Shown here: in pieces, positions 38,052 to 47,661 of the stretch
Numbering within the stretch: position 1 is the first letter of the stretch
Layout of the letters: every line of letters begins with the position of its first letter
Sequence record: OR567511.1
Length of the DNA: 64,000 nt
Strand: one strand, 5' to 3'
Source of the DNA: Enterobacter phage vB_Ent31
Notes under the pieces: model-generated
Told to the model about the DNA's origin: nothing
Seen by the model: only the letters and a program-made list of their open reading frames with translations
Databases searched by the model: none
Translations under genes and position numbers: made by a program

Positions 38052-38366
38052 TTAATCCAGCGAATCGAGGTCGTAACCTAGTTCACCGAGTCTTTCTTTT
38101 ATTGTTCTTAGATTTGGGTAATATACACCACCGAGGACAACGACCGGGTAATTGACGCGCTTGCTTGGGAAAACTCCTGAGGCTTTAGCGGCTTCTTCAA
38201 TCGCCTTGTAGTTGTATTGGACGTCACCGGCCATGTAGATAACGTCGATGAACTCATACGGAATTTTGAATTCGTCAAAAATTTCTTTGACTGCTGCGCA
38301 ACCAGCGCAGCGATAGACGTCTTCCGGAATTCCATAAATTTTAGCTCTTAGTTGTGAGTTTTCCAT
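38052..38366 (-). CDS. nrdH: NrdH-like glutaredoxin (104 aa from an internal Met)
   Basis: KIYGIPE..CAGC..K..FDEFKIPYEFIDV is a CxxC glutaredoxin fold. Adjacent to nrdG as in T4. Confidence 0.55.
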   Translation of the reverse strand: MENSQLRAKIYGIPEDVYRCAGCAAVKEIFDEFKIPYEFIDVIYMAGDVQYNYKAIEEAAKASGVFPSKRVNYPVVVLGGVYYPNLRTIKERLGELGYDLDSLD

Positions 38367-38616
38367 TGACTGTAACCTCAAGCTTATCATCTAAACCAAT
38401 ATCCTTAAGCGCATCAGTCATTCGACGAATACGAGCAGTAACTTCTTCAGGAGAAAGTTTAGGCTTATCATCAGTCTTCGGAGCGATAATCACTGCCAGT
38501 CCGAATACCAAGAGTGCAGGTACAGCAACAATAATTCCGTAAGCAATAACAATATAAGCCAGAAGCTTAGATAAAGCAGTTCGAGTTCCGTTGAAGAAAG
38601 ATTTTATGTGTTTCAT
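38341..38616 (-). CDS. Small membrane protein (91 aa, one TM)
   Basis: Hydrophobic segment LLAYIVIAYGIIVAVPALLVFGLAVIIA. Confidence 0.45.
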   Translation of the reverse strand: MKHIKSFFNGTRTALSKLLAYIVIAYGIIVAVPALLVFGLAVIIAPKTDDKPKLSPEEVTARIRRMTDALKDIGLDDKLEVTVNGKLTTKS

Positions 38617-38624
38617 GTTTTTCC

Positions 38625-38732
38625 TTAGGAGAAAGTTACGATACCGGCGAAAACATACAGAGCTGGAAATTCTTCACCCCAACTTTGAATGATGAAGTTT
38701 GCGTTTAATGCGAGTTTATTCAGGATGTTCAT
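38625..38732 (-). CDS. Small hydrophobic peptide (35 aa)
   Basis: RBS GAGGAACACA-ATG. Ends right at the RBS of the next gene. The track's longer 74-aa frame overlaps nrdG. Confidence 0.25.
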   Translation of the reverse strand: MNILNKLALNANFIIQSWGEEFPALYVFAGIVTFS

Positions 38733-39201
38733 TGTGTTCCTCATTCCAAGTTCCGCTGTTAATCCACAGCCTTTGATTATCACTGCCTCTCCAAAGCTTT
38801 TTAGTTGGTAGAGACTGTTCATATTTACCATCGATAATAACATCAACATAATTTAGCAGTTCCAAGTCCTTGATATCTTCGAACTTGTACCCAGTCCACA
38901 TCCAAACATCTTTGTGAGGGTGACTATTATGTAAGCACTTAAGTAGTGCTTCTATAGTTTCTCTATTGTCTGGATAAAGAGGGTCTCCACCGGTAAGAGT
39001 GATTCCTTGAATGTAATCTTTGCTTAAAAGCTCTCTGATTTCTTCAATGGTTTCACCGGTGAACTCTGTTCCATTACGCGGATTCCATGTAGATTTATTG
39101 TAACATCCTTCGCATTTATGCAAACACCCGGTGACGAAAAGAACGACCCTGCAACCAGGGCCATTCACAAAATCACAAGGATAGATTCTGTCATACTTCA
39201 C
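38716..39201 (-). CDS. nrdG: Anaerobic RNR activating protein NrdG (radical SAM), 161 aa
   Basis: CDFVNGPGCRVVLFVTGCLHKCEGCYN cysteine motif. Confidence 0.85.
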   Translation of the reverse strand: MKYDRIYPCDFVNGPGCRVVLFVTGCLHKCEGCYNKSTWNPRNGTEFTGETIEEIRELLSKDYIQGITLTGGDPLYPDNRETIEALLKCLHNSHPHKDVWMWTGYKFEDIKDLELLNYVDVIIDGKYEQSLPTKKLWRGSDNQRLWINSGTWNEEHNEHPE

Positions 39202-41020
39202 AGTGTTTCGTCCTGTGCATTATTTCTTTGTTCTTGCCAAGATTAAATCCGCGTTCAGACGGATTACCAAGATATCCACAAGTGCGTCTGATTGTGTTCA
39301 TCTTTTTAGGGTCTGATTCACCGCATTCATGACAGACGAATCCATCTTCAGTTGGAGTCATTTCATGAGTTGAACCGCATGTAAAGCACTTATCAACCGG
39401 CATGTTCACACCGAAGTAATCAAGATGCTCAACAGCATAATCCCATACAGCTTCAAGGCCTTTGAGATTGTTCTTCATATCAGGAAGTTCTACATAACTG
39501 ATATGACCACCTTTGGCAATAAAGTGGAAAATAGATTCACGGTCAATTTTACCGAATGGAGAAATCTTTTCTTCTACTGAAACATGGAAGCTGTTGGTGT
39601 ACCACCCTTTATCGGTGACGCCTTTAATGTCACCATGGACTTCAGCATCAATCTTACAGAAGCGATAACACAAGTTCTCTGCTGGAGTTGAATAAAGGCT
39701 AAAAGCAAATCCAGTTTCTTTAGTCCATTCAGCGAGATAATCATTCAAGCATTTCAGAAGAAGCTTACCGATATCAGCACCAAGAAGAGTTTGAACTTCA
39801 TGGATTCCAATATACCCTAATGAAATTGAAGAACGACCATTTCGGAAGATGTCGAGAATCTCGTCATTTGGCTTAAGACGAACACCAAAAGCGCCTTCTT
39901 GATAAAGAATAGGAGCTACCGAAGCTGTTACACCACGGAGTGATTCAATACGAGCCAAAAGAGCTTCTTTACAAATCTTCAAACGGTCATCAAGAATATG
40001 GAAGAACTTAGTCAAATCTGGACGACCATCAACCATACAATCGAGTGCTACTCGTGGAAGGTTAATTGTCACTACGCCAAGATTATTACGTCCGTCAAGA
40101 ATTTCTTCACCGTCTTTGTTCTTCCATACGCCAAGGAATGAACGACATCCCATTGGAGAAACTGGAACAGAAGAACCAGTGATTAGACGGTTATTCTTTG
40201 AACTAATGATGTCAGGATACATTCGTTTACTTGCACATTCCAATGCAAGTTGTTTGATGTCATAATTCACATCAGTTGGATGAAGGTTAATTCCTTCTTC
40301 AACAAACATAACGAGCTTAGGAAAAATTGGAGTGATTCCGTCTCGTCCAAGGCCTTTGATTCTATTTTTGAGAATAGCTTTTTGAATCATTCGTTCATAA
40401 TCGCTTGTACCAGTACCAAAGGTAATTGTCACGAATGGAGTTTGTCCATTTGAACTGAACAGAGTATTGACTTCATATTCATAAGCCTGGAATGCATCAT
40501 ATACGTCTTTTTCTGTTTTCTCAATCGCGTATACGTAGTCATTGACGTGCTCAATACCGTATCTTTCTGCATCACGTAAATGCTTAAAGAAAGTCTTCTC
40601 TACAAAAGGAGCAAGCACAACATCAACATTAGCAAATGTCGTTCCACCGTATTGATGAGAAGCTACTTGAGCAGTGATTTGAGCCATGATAGCAGTTGCT
40701 ACACCAATTGACTTTGGAGTCTCAATTTGAGCATTACCAAGTTTAAATCCATTGCTGAGCATACCCTTCAAATCGACTAAGCAACAGTTAGTGAATGGAA
40801 GAGCTGGAGAATAGTCTAAGTCATGAAAATGAATAAGACCTTTATCATGAGCATTTAGAACAGTAGGAGAGATAACCTGACGAGCAATGTGTTTTGAAAC
40901 AATTCCTGCCATCAGGTCTCGTTGAGTTGGAAAAACACGAGAATCTTTATTAGCATTCTCATTAAGTAAGTCTTTGTTGGTACGGTTGATTAAACCCTGG
41001 ATTTCTGATTCAATTGTCAT
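39191..41020 (-). CDS. nrdD: Anaerobic ribonucleoside-triphosphate reductase NrdD (609 aa), no intron
   Basis: Glycyl-radical C-terminus (RRTCGYLG) and C-x-x-C...C-x-x-C Zn site. Continuous ORF with no I-TevIII-like insertion. Confidence 0.9.
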   Translation of the reverse strand: MTIESEIQGLINRTNKDLLNENANKDSRVFPTQRDLMAGIVSKHIARQVISPTVLNAHDKGLIHFHDLDYSPALPFTNCCLVDLKGMLSNGFKLGNAQIETPKSIGVATAIMAQITAQVASHQYGGTTFANVDVVLAPFVEKTFFKHLRDAERYGIEHVNDYVYAIEKTEKDVYDAFQAYEYEVNTLFSSNGQTPFVTITFGTGTSDYERMIQKAILKNRIKGLGRDGITPIFPKLVMFVEEGINLHPTDVNYDIKQLALECASKRMYPDIISSKNNRLITGSSVPVSPMGCRSFLGVWKNKDGEEILDGRNNLGVVTINLPRVALDCMVDGRPDLTKFFHILDDRLKICKEALLARIESLRGVTASVAPILYQEGAFGVRLKPNDEILDIFRNGRSSISLGYIGIHEVQTLLGADIGKLLLKCLNDYLAEWTKETGFAFSLYSTPAENLCYRFCKIDAEVHGDIKGVTDKGWYTNSFHVSVEEKISPFGKIDRESIFHFIAKGGHISYVELPDMKNNLKGLEAVWDYAVEHLDYFGVNMPVDKCFTCGSTHEMTPTEDGFVCHECGESDPKKMNTIRRTCGYLGNPSERGFNLGKNKEIMHRTKHCEV

Positions 41021-41490
41021 TTTAAACTCTTACGAAGTTGCTTTTTGAATGAAGCAACAAGCTTTGGTTTGGAATCATCTTCAGAATAGGTAAACCCGTA
41101 AGCATTCATTTCAGCTATCATCTCGGGTTTACCAAGTCGACTGAATTCTTTTGACTTATCGCCAATGAAATTAGGATGAATGTTATTTTTAGTATAGTCA
41201 TTCTTCAGATAGGTCAGCAAACTCTCAAGCCACTCGAGGTAGTCGACTTCACGACCTTTTAAACCAGAGCGGTTGAACTTATGCTTCATTTGACCTTCTG
41301 CTGCGTTACACAGATTACATAGTAAACCACGAACTTTACCGGCTTTTGGTCCGTTCAATTCATGGTCGTGGTCAAGGTGGTTACTTTGAACATCGCTGTC
41401 TAATTCGCGTTTACAAATCGGACAGATACCATGCTGTGCATCAAATAGTCTTTGTTTTTCTTCTTTGTAGAGTTTGCTGGTCAATAACAT
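41017..41490 (-). CDS. 49: Endonuclease VII gp49 (Holliday-junction resolvase), 157 aa
   Basis: HLDHDHELNGPKAGKVRGLLCNLCNAAEGQMKHKFNRSGLKG is near-identical to T4 gp49. Confidence 0.9.
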   Translation of the reverse strand: MLLTSKLYKEEKQRLFDAQHGICPICKRELDSDVQSNHLDHDHELNGPKAGKVRGLLCNLCNAAEGQMKHKFNRSGLKGREVDYLEWLESLLTYLKNDYTKNNIHPNFIGDKSKEFSRLGKPEMIAEMNAYGFTYSEDDSKPKLVASFKKQLRKSLK

Positions 41491-41523
41491 AGTTCACCTC
41501 AATATTAGATGAACTATTTATTG

Positions 41524-41688
41524 TTAATTATGATACCACATCTGACGAGAATATTTTTTGCGACGACGAATCTGAGCTTTTGTTGGTTTAGTAGAGAACC
41601 ACCAACAAACACCATAATCATCATCAAAATCAATGTTCAAATGCCATCCAGACTCTTTACAAGATACATATTTTAATTCAATTTTCAT
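41524..41688 (-). CDS. Small basic protein (54 aa)
   Basis: RBS AAGGAAATTTTG-ATG with a 1-nt stop/start overlap to the upstream gene. Not in the ORF track. Confidence 0.35.
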   Translation of the reverse strand: MKIELKYVSCKESGWHLNIDFDDDYGVCWWFSTKPTKAQIRRRKKYSRQMWYHN

Positions 41689-42152
41689 CAAAATTTCCTT
41701 GAGTTAAATTCAAGTTGAGCTTCAAGCCAACGAATATAATCTGCAGCAGCTTGCATCAAATCGTATTCTTCAGAATCACAATTTTCTTGACCAGCCATTT
41801 TATAGAGCTGCGCAGTGATATCTTTTCCGTTAAAAAGGTTACGAGGGATATCTTCAGAAGAGCCATATTGGTCAGAAGAAAGTTCTTCAAGTTCTTCTAA
41901 ATGGTCAATCTCATCAGAATAGAAGCACCAGAACCATGAATCTTGTCCGCTGATTTCTGGATGAGTAGCAGTTTTAACATGAACATAAGGGCCGTTCTTA
42001 AATTGAACAGAAGTCATGCCAGTTGATTCGCCTACTTTACTGATGCTAAGAACTTTAAATTCTGCGCCCTTAACAAATTCAGGGAATTGAGAAAGTAGCT
42101 CTTCATCTTCTGCAATAACACGAAAAACTTTATTCAGGAAACTCATATCCAA
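41688..42152 (-). CDS. Hypothetical acidic protein (154 aa), pin/49.x position
   Basis: ORF only. Confidence 0.45.
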   Translation of the reverse strand: MDMSFLNKVFRVIAEDEELLSQFPEFVKGAEFKVLSISKVGESTGMTSVQFKNGPYVHVKTATHPEISGQDSWFWCFYSDEIDHLEELEELSSDQYGSSEDIPRNLFNGKDITAQLYKMAGQENCDSEEYDLMQAAADYIRWLEAQLEFNSRKF

Positions 42153-42260
42153 ACTCCATATCGATTAATTCATTGTTGGTAGGTTCATTATAATCATCTT
42201 CAGGAAAGCGTTCTTCTTCCTCTGGCTCGAGGGTTTCCCATCGAGCCGCATACCAAGGTT

Positions 42261-42572
42261 TTAGAGCGTAACCCATTCTGTGATAGTCTTAGTTACTTCA
42301 CGTTCGCGTTTTTCAACTAACGATACATCAGGTTCCATGTAGTACCAATCAGTATGATACGAACCAGAACGAGTTTCATTTACAGCAACGTGTACGTCAT
42401 GCTTCTTGCTGTAGTAAACTACTTGACGATATTGATACTTGTGATTCTGAGTCCATTCATCATGGTCTACTTCTTCAAGATAATCGGAATCTTCAAAGTC
42501 ATAATACTCTGAATGCCCATCATGGTCTTCCATGATTTCTTTCAGAATTTTTTCTTTCATTTCAGAAATCAT
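42261..42572 (-). CDS. Hypothetical protein (103 aa)
   Basis: ORF with His/Tyr-rich composition. Confidence 0.45.
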   Translation of the reverse strand: MISEMKEKILKEIMEDHDGHSEYYDFEDSDYLEEVDHDEWTQNHKYQYRQVVYYSKKHDVHVAVNETRSGSYHTDWYYMEPDVSLVEKREREVTKTITEWVTL

Positions 42573-42745
42573 TATTCACCTCGTAAAGTTTCAAGAACTT
42601 CATCATCAACCCAAGATTCTAAACCACTTGGAAGAGAACGTTCGACTTCCCAAAGTAAAGCTTCGCATTCGCGAAGACGAGCAAGCTCAGCAGAGCAAAT
42701 TACTTCTTCTGTCTTTGGGTCAATCAATACAGAGTTCAGACTCAT
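42572..42745 (-). CDS. Small acidic protein (57 aa)
   Basis: RBS AAGGAATATTTGAA-ATG. TAATG overlap downstream and ATGA overlap with nrdC upstream. Not in the ORF track. Confidence 0.35.
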   Translation of the reverse strand: MSLNSVLIDPKTEEVICSAELARLRECEALLWEVERSLPSGLESWVDDEVLETLRGE

Positions 42746-43038
42746 TTCAAATATTCCTTCAATTCAGTAAATCCACCGATAGGCGAACCTTTTTCATCAA
42801 AAATCTGGGGCATTGTCAGACCAACACGAGATGGTCTATTCAAACGCGTCAGAAGCTCAGAGATAACTTCTTCATTAAAGATTGGTGTACCATCTTCATT
42901 ATTACCTGAAGTCACAGAGATGAACTCGTAATCTTTACGTTTAGCATCTAACAGACGCTTAGAGTTAATGCATGGAACACATTTAAAATGCTTGCTGTCG
43001 TAACCGAAAACCTTGAATGTCACTAGAGATGTCCTCAA
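42742..43038 (-). CDS. nrdC: Thioredoxin/glutaredoxin NrdC (98 aa)
   Basis: FKVFGYDSKHFKCVPC...GLTMPQIFDEKGSPIGGFTELKEYLK matches T4 NrdC. Confidence 0.75.
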   Translation of the reverse strand: MRTSLVTFKVFGYDSKHFKCVPCINSKRLLDAKRKDYEFISVTSGNNEDGTPIFNEEVISELLTRLNRPSRVGLTMPQIFDEKGSPIGGFTELKEYLK

Positions 43039-43276
43039 TAACTGATGAGACTACTTTATCGTAGTCGGGATGATTTTGTGTGCGATGGTCCCATTTAACA
43101 CCAAGACGTTTTGCAACTTCACGGTTAATTGATCCAAACGCAAATGAATGAGCACGGGTTAAAGCACTCTTCAAAACTGAATAAGAATCCGGCATTTTAC
43201 CATGGTCTTTATGATAAGCTACCATCATTCGGAGGAGGCTGTCTTCAGCCTCAATCATATATTCTTTACGGCTCAT
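42983..43276 (-). CDS. Hypothetical protein (97 aa)
   Basis: ORF in the nrdC.x region. Overlaps the nrdC start by 56 nt, so its start may be internal. Confidence 0.4.
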   Translation of the reverse strand: MSRKEYMIEAEDSLLRMMVAYHKDHGKMPDSYSVLKSALTRAHSFAFGSINREVAKRLGVKWDHRTQNHPDYDKVVSSVIEDISSDIQGFRLRQQAF

Positions 43277-43566
43277 AGTTCTTTCAATCTCTTATAAGAC
43301 TCGTGAGCTGCAACAGCAATCTTTTCACTCATTGGAAGAGAAGTGTTAGGCTGACTATTCAATTGATGGTATGCATATGTTTTGAACATTATAACATCAA
43401 AATCAATTGAAGCGTGAAGAGAACGATGGACATGGTCCATGTTAAGATTTTCACCTTTTTCTTCAGCGTATTGAAGACAAATACGCCCGGCAACTTCACG
43501 AAGCTCTTTAAACAGAGATTTCATCTCTTCAGTTTCAGAAATAGCACTACTTTGAAATGGATTCAT
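43273..43566 (-). CDS. Hypothetical protein (97 aa)
   Basis: ORF with ATGA overlap. Confidence 0.45.
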   Translation of the reverse strand: MNPFQSSAISETEEMKSLFKELREVAGRICLQYAEEKGENLNMDHVHRSLHASIDFDVIMFKTYAYHQLNSQPNTSLPMSEKIAVAAHESYKRLKEL

Positions 43567-43898
43567 TTGACCGCCTTAACACCAGGAACGTTGCGGATGA
43601 CTTCTAACACTTCGTCAAAATCGTCTTTGTTGACTGTGACCACAATAGTGCGAGTTGTTTGCTTCTTTTTCCAACGCTTAAAGAAAGTTTCTAAACGAAG
43701 GTCATGAGCTGTAAAACTGTCTTCATCATTTTTATAGACGTAACCAGACTCAATTGTAACTACTGCATCTGGAGCTGGGTCTTCATAATCTTCAACTTCT
43801 ACACCATCAAACAGAATCAGTGTATCGTCATGATAATAGCCTTCCCAGAAGGCTTCATCGTTGTAGAATTCTTTCCAAAGCGCGCCAGTAGTTTTCAT
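43563..43898 (-). CDS. Hypothetical protein (111 aa)
   Basis: ORF with ATGA overlap. Confidence 0.45.
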   Translation of the reverse strand: MKTTGALWKEFYNDEAFWEGYYHDDTLILFDGVEVEDYEDPAPDAVVTIESGYVYKNDEDSFTAHDLRLETFFKRWKKKQTTRTIVVTVNKDDFDEVLEVIRNVPGVKAVK

Positions 43899-43987
43899 TT
43901 CTTCACCTCAGGGAAAGCGGCAGCGATACGTTCAGCAATTGCTTTGTAAAGCATATCACCGAAGTGATTATTCATACGAGCTGTCAT
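43895..43987 (-). CDS. Tiny ORF (30 aa)
   Basis: RBS AAGGAATTAAA-ATG with ATGA overlaps at both ends. Confidence 0.25.
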   Translation of the reverse strand: MTARMNNHFGDMLYKAIAERIAAAFPEVKK

Positions 43988-44241
43988 TTTAATTCCTTCA
44001 CAAATTTATGAAAACAAATTCGGCATTTCATCTGAAGTTGAGGAGTCTGCCAGTTAACTAATTGTACTTGAATACTATCACACTTTGGGCAAGGCGTAAC
44101 TTGTTTAGCTGCTGCTTCACGTCGTTCAACCATTTCCATCATCGCTTCCCAGCGAGTAGCGGCCAGAAGCCGCTCCATTCCTTCAGGGTCATCTAAAATT
44201 TCTTGACTTAAGTCAATATCTTCATGTAATTGCTTTTTCAT
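43984..44241 (-). CDS. Zinc-ribbon protein (85 aa)
   Basis: CPKC...CRIC four-cysteine motif. Confidence 0.45.
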   Translation of the reverse strand: MKKQLHEDIDLSQEILDDPEGMERLLAATRWEAMMEMVERREAAAKQVTPCPKCDSIQVQLVNWQTPQLQMKCRICFHKFVKELK

Positions 44242-45302
44242 ACGCCAGCCTTAGGTTCAGAAATAACTTCTAATGAGATTCGCAGTGTTTCCATTTGGCG
44301 TTTCAGCTGAATAGTACGTGAACTGATTCGTGAAACTTCGTCATTAAGATTACGCTTTTTCGTTTCAAGTTCATTGAACTCTTTTTCAAGCTCGTTAATT
44401 TTCGCTTTAATAACTTTGCCTGCATCTACAGGAGTTTCAACAATTTCTTTGACTGTGTTAGGAGTCACAATTGGCTCTTCTGGAGCAACGAAATCTTCCT
44501 TTTTCTTAATATTCAAGTTAACCATAATTTGATGCTGACGTGGTGTTTCAACAACAAGATTATGGAAACGCACAATATTCATTCGTTTAAGAGCTGAAAT
44601 AATCTGCTTAGAGATTCGTTCCATATCACCATTTTCACGGTGTCCAGACCGAATAACGATTGTCATTACATCATCACTTTCTTCAATAAATGAAATTGTT
44701 GGAATAGTCCATTTACTAGTTGAAAGCATGAAGTTAGTTTTAGCTTTGTCGTTTTCAGTCAGAAAAGCTGCACCCAAACGTAACAGACGAGGAAACTCAA
44801 AAGAAAACTGATTAATGATGAAATTAACAGCGCTTTGATTATGCATTTTATTCGTGTGCACATTAGTCTTATCACCATCAGCGTTATAATAAAGAGCATT
44901 GTATTCGTCAGGAGCTTGCATTAAGTAATGACGAAGACGGTTATTTGCTTTAACACGGCGGAGAATTCCACTGGTGCGTAGTACATCAATCCAGGCGTCG
45001 GGTTTATTAGCATCTCCAGCAGATATTCGCGCAGCGTTGATGCGAGCATCAATTCCCATTTTACCAAATTCAGTGTTTAAAATGGTTGAAATCCACTGAC
45101 GAATACATCCAAGTTTTTCAATTCGGTCAGCTCGTAATCCTTCGCCTGGGACGAAGTTGAAAGACGTTTCAGCATTAGCAATAAGTTCTTTGATGTAAGT
45201 ATTGAAATTGTTGTTGGTCAACACATTTACTAATTTCATTTCTATTCCTTCATTGTCAGGCGTAAGATTTGATTGAGAATCCGTGAAACCATTATACATC
45301 AC
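44238..45302 (-). CDS. Hypothetical 354-aa protein with a C-terminal coiled coil
   Basis: Long ORF. The C-terminal ~70 aa have heptad-like periodicity (KAKINELEKEFNELETKKRNLNDEVSR...). No recognisable enzymatic motif. Confidence 0.5.
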   Translation of the reverse strand: MMYNGFTDSQSNLTPDNEGIEMKLVNVLTNNNFNTYIKELIANAETSFNFVPGEGLRADRIEKLGCIRQWISTILNTEFGKMGIDARINAARISAGDANKPDAWIDVLRTSGILRRVKANNRLRHYLMQAPDEYNALYYNADGDKTNVHTNKMHNQSAVNFIINQFSFEFPRLLRLGAAFLTENDKAKTNFMLSTSKWTIPTISFIEESDDVMTIVIRSGHRENGDMERISKQIISALKRMNIVRFHNLVVETPRQHQIMVNLNIKKKEDFVAPEEPIVTPNTVKEIVETPVDAGKVIKAKINELEKEFNELETKKRNLNDEVSRISSRTIQLKRQMETLRISLEVISEPKAGV

Positions 45303-45315
45303 GGATTTTAAAGCA

Positions 45316-45522
45316 TTAATCGAAGATGATTGCGCAAATCCAAAACAGCGGCCAAGTTGCTACTTTAAGGATAAAAATAACCCAAACCACTGGCCAAAGC
45401 ATCATAATAAATGCAGCAGTATCACCATCAATGTCGATGAACCAGTCTTCTACAAGCTTAAAGAATCCAGTTGATACTGCGCCGATGGCCAAGTAAACCA
45501 GAATAGCTCCTACGATTTCCAT
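45316..45522 (-). CDS. Small membrane protein (68 aa, 2 TM)
   Basis: Two hydrophobic segments. Confidence 0.45.
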   Translation of the reverse strand: MEIVGAILVYLAIGAVSTGFFKLVEDWFIDIDGDTAAFIMMLWPVVWVIFILKVATWPLFWICAIIFD

Positions 45523-45947
45523 AGTATTTCTCTCGCTTCAATGATACGAAGTTGTGCTTGCTTGTAAGTATACACTGCTTCTTTTAGTTGAGCATTTGAA
45601 ACTTGAAGATGGTCTTTATACCACTTGTTCAAGTCCTGATGCTTTTTAAAAGTTTCAACCAGTTTGTTATTTGATTCAATTAAAGCTTCTTGAAGTTTAT
45701 CAAAAGTCTTTTCAATAACTTCGCGCTTTACTGAACCGTCATAGTTCAATTTACAAAGAATGTTAGCATGACGCCAAATTTCTCTGAGTTCTCCAAGGAC
45801 GTTTTTCTTATCACCCCAAGTGAACTTATAAAGCTCTTCACAAATAGCTTCCGCCTGCTTTTCTGCTTTACTTTTAGCCATTCCAGCGTAGATATAAGCA
45901 GGAGGATAAAGGGCCGTGTTATCGACCCAGTTAGAAAGAATCAGCAT
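45510..45947 (-). CDS. Hypothetical protein (145 aa)
   Basis: ORF only. Confidence 0.45.
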   Translation of the reverse strand: MLILSNWVDNTALYPPAYIYAGMAKSKAEKQAEAICEELYKFTWGDKKNVLGELREIWRHANILCKLNYDGSVKREVIEKTFDKLQEALIESNNKLVETFKKHQDLNKWYKDHLQVSNAQLKEAVYTYKQAQLRIIEAREILWKS

Positions 45948-46717
45948 ATAACCACCTTAGTTGGACGCTTAAAGAATGAATGAGTGCTATCGTCTTTAGC
46001 ATGTTCAAAAGTTGCAGAGAATTCAATGACTCCACGATAATCCATCGGAACTGCTTTTGGCAGAGAGCCGTAGACCGTTGCACCGTTTTCAAGACGGACA
46101 GTCATTTTGACTTGCATCCCGTAATAATCTTCCCAGCACTTAACTGAGACGACTTTACCTTTAACTACTTGCTTACCAGTAGGTGCTTCGCCTTTGTTCT
46201 TTTTGAACGATTCATACAGTTCATCAAAGAACTTCTTAGAAGCTTCTTGAATAGCTACAAGAATGTTCTTATGAGCTCTGACTTCAACCATCATAACGGT
46301 GGTGAAATCTTCAAGTTCCCAACGTTTGTAAGGTTCACGGACCTCGATAGGATGTCCGTAAAGTTTAAGTTCAACATACATTGCTGCAGTTAAACGAAGT
46401 TTCCACCATCCATGGTCTCTTGTGTACTCTGGTTTGTCAAAGTAATCAAGTTCCGTAACGTATGGAAGATAACTACCAGCGTGATATGCTTCCACTTCGC
46501 CTAAATCATTTTCCCAGAGATAACCATCGAACGGAGCATGTGGACGATCATCAATTCCCCAGGTTGGAGCAACCACCTTATCAAATCCTTCACGACCGTA
46601 GTGGGTCTTCGCCCATCCAGCATTCAATTCCAAAGCGCGTTCTTCAACTTTCGCTCGGCGTGCTGCATGTGCTTTACGATTTTCATCTAAGATTGAGTCG
46701 ATGATTTCAGTTAGCAT
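45941..46717 (-). CDS. Hypothetical protein (258 aa from Met-27 of the listed ORF)
   Basis: RBS GGAGAAACAAA-ATG at 46717. The listed upstream extension contains the early promoter. Confidence 0.5.
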   Translation of the reverse strand: MLTEIIDSILDENRKAHAARRAKVEERALELNAGWAKTHYGREGFDKVVAPTWGIDDRPHAPFDGYLWENDLGEVEAYHAGSYLPYVTELDYFDKPEYTRDHGWWKLRLTAAMYVELKLYGHPIEVREPYKRWELEDFTTVMMVEVRAHKNILVAIQEASKKFFDELYESFKKNKGEAPTGKQVVKGKVVSVKCWEDYYGMQVKMTVRLENGATVYGSLPKAVPMDYRGVIEFSATFEHAKDDSTHSFFKRPTKVVIC

Positions 46718-46747
46718 TTTGTTTCTCCGTTGGTTGATTACGAGACT

Positions 46748-46777
46748 ATCATATACTAACTTTTTAGTGTTGTAAAC
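46748..46777 (-). promoter_or_regulatory. Early promoter GTTTAC-N18-TATGAT
   Basis: Minus-strand read: GTTTACAACACTAAAAAGTTAGTATATGAT. Confidence 0.55.
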
Positions 46778-46847
46778 GGTTGAATGCGGATTCACCAGAA
46801 CGGTTGAGAGGAACTTTCTTGGGAGGGATGATAAATCATATTACGAG

Positions 46848-46878
46848 GATACAAAAATGCCCCAGCGAAGCCGGGGCG
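46848..46878 (-). terminator. Intrinsic terminator CCCCGGC-UUC-GCUGGGG (one G-U) followed by CAUUUUUGUAU
   Basis: Hairpin plus U-run directly after the stop at 46883. Confidence 0.55.
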
Positions 46879-46882
46879 AACT

Positions 46883-47248
46883 TTAGTGATAAGCTGGAGC
46901 ATTAGGGTCGCCAGAAAACCACACAGACTTTTCTATAACAGCTGTTTGCAATTGATTGTTATAAAGAGTCTCATTAATAATTTTTTCCATCTCAAACAAA
47001 TGCGCAGCTTGCAACTGCTCGCGGTCCATTGCGATTAGAGCTTTACATTTTTCTTTCATATAAGTTCGTTTGCCAATCTGTCTTCCTACCAATGGCACTT
47101 CACTTCCCAATTTAAGCCAGTTATTAAAAGCAGCATCCGTAGAGTTTTTATATTCTACTATAGAATCAGTCATACGATTATAAAAGTCTAATTTTGCTTC
47201 TCTATTGTTCTTTCGAAGCATTTCCAAAGCTGTAGATTTCAAACTCAT
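46883..47248 (-). CDS. Hypothetical protein (121 aa from Met-22)
   Basis: An ATGA overlap with the upstream ORF stop supports a start at 47248. Confidence 0.45.
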   Translation of the reverse strand: MSLKSTALEMLRKNNREAKLDFYNRMTDSIVEYKNSTDAAFNNWLKLGSEVPLVGRQIGKRTYMKEKCKALIAMDREQLQAAHLFEMEKIINETLYNNQLQTAVIEKSVWFSGDPNAPAYH

Positions 47249-47661
47249 CGCTTCCACTCCTCTGTTCGACCTATTCGGTCGGGGTGACAATTCCAGAAAT
47301 AGTCCTTGCACTTATTTCCATTAGTGCGGCAGAACTTTTGCTGGTACGATTTCTTTTTAAACGGCTCACCACAGCTTGGACACACAAGTGTAGAACCAAC
47401 TTTCATTAATGCATTATTCCGGTAGATAGGTTCCATAATATCGTACCGGGTTGTTGGCTTCTGCCCTTTAGCACTTTTACTACTATGCTTTCCTTTTCCA
47501 TTTTTGTTCTGTCGCTGAGCATCACTAAGAAGTCTGAGGACTTCAATTCGCTCGCCATGCAAGTTGATGGGTCGAGGTTCATATCCATATTCTTCATTTT
47601 CATAGTCCTCGTCTTCATAATCATCATACCAATCGTTGAGTTCATCTAATCCGTAGCCCAT
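47245..47661 (-). CDS. Hypothetical protein with acidic N-terminus and Cys-rich C-terminus (138 aa)
   Basis: ORF with CPSCGEP...CRTNGNKC. Confidence 0.45.
   Translation of the reverse strand: MGYGLDELNDWYDDYEDEDYENEEYGYEPRPINLHGERIEVLRLLSDAQRQNKNGKGKHSSKSAKGQKPTTRYDIMEPIYRNNALMKVGSTLVCPSCGEPFKKKSYQQKFCRTNGNKCKDYFWNCHPDRIGRTEEWKR

Noticed and set aside
38108-38335. 75-aa Ser/Thr-rich ORF inside the nrdH-like gene
   Set aside because: It is an alternative frame of a gene with a clear glutaredoxin motif and has low-complexity composition.
38625-38849. 74-aa ORF overlapping the nrdG 3' end
   Set aside because: Only the last 35 codons, from an internal ATG with a good RBS, lie outside nrdG. I reported the short form at low confidence instead.
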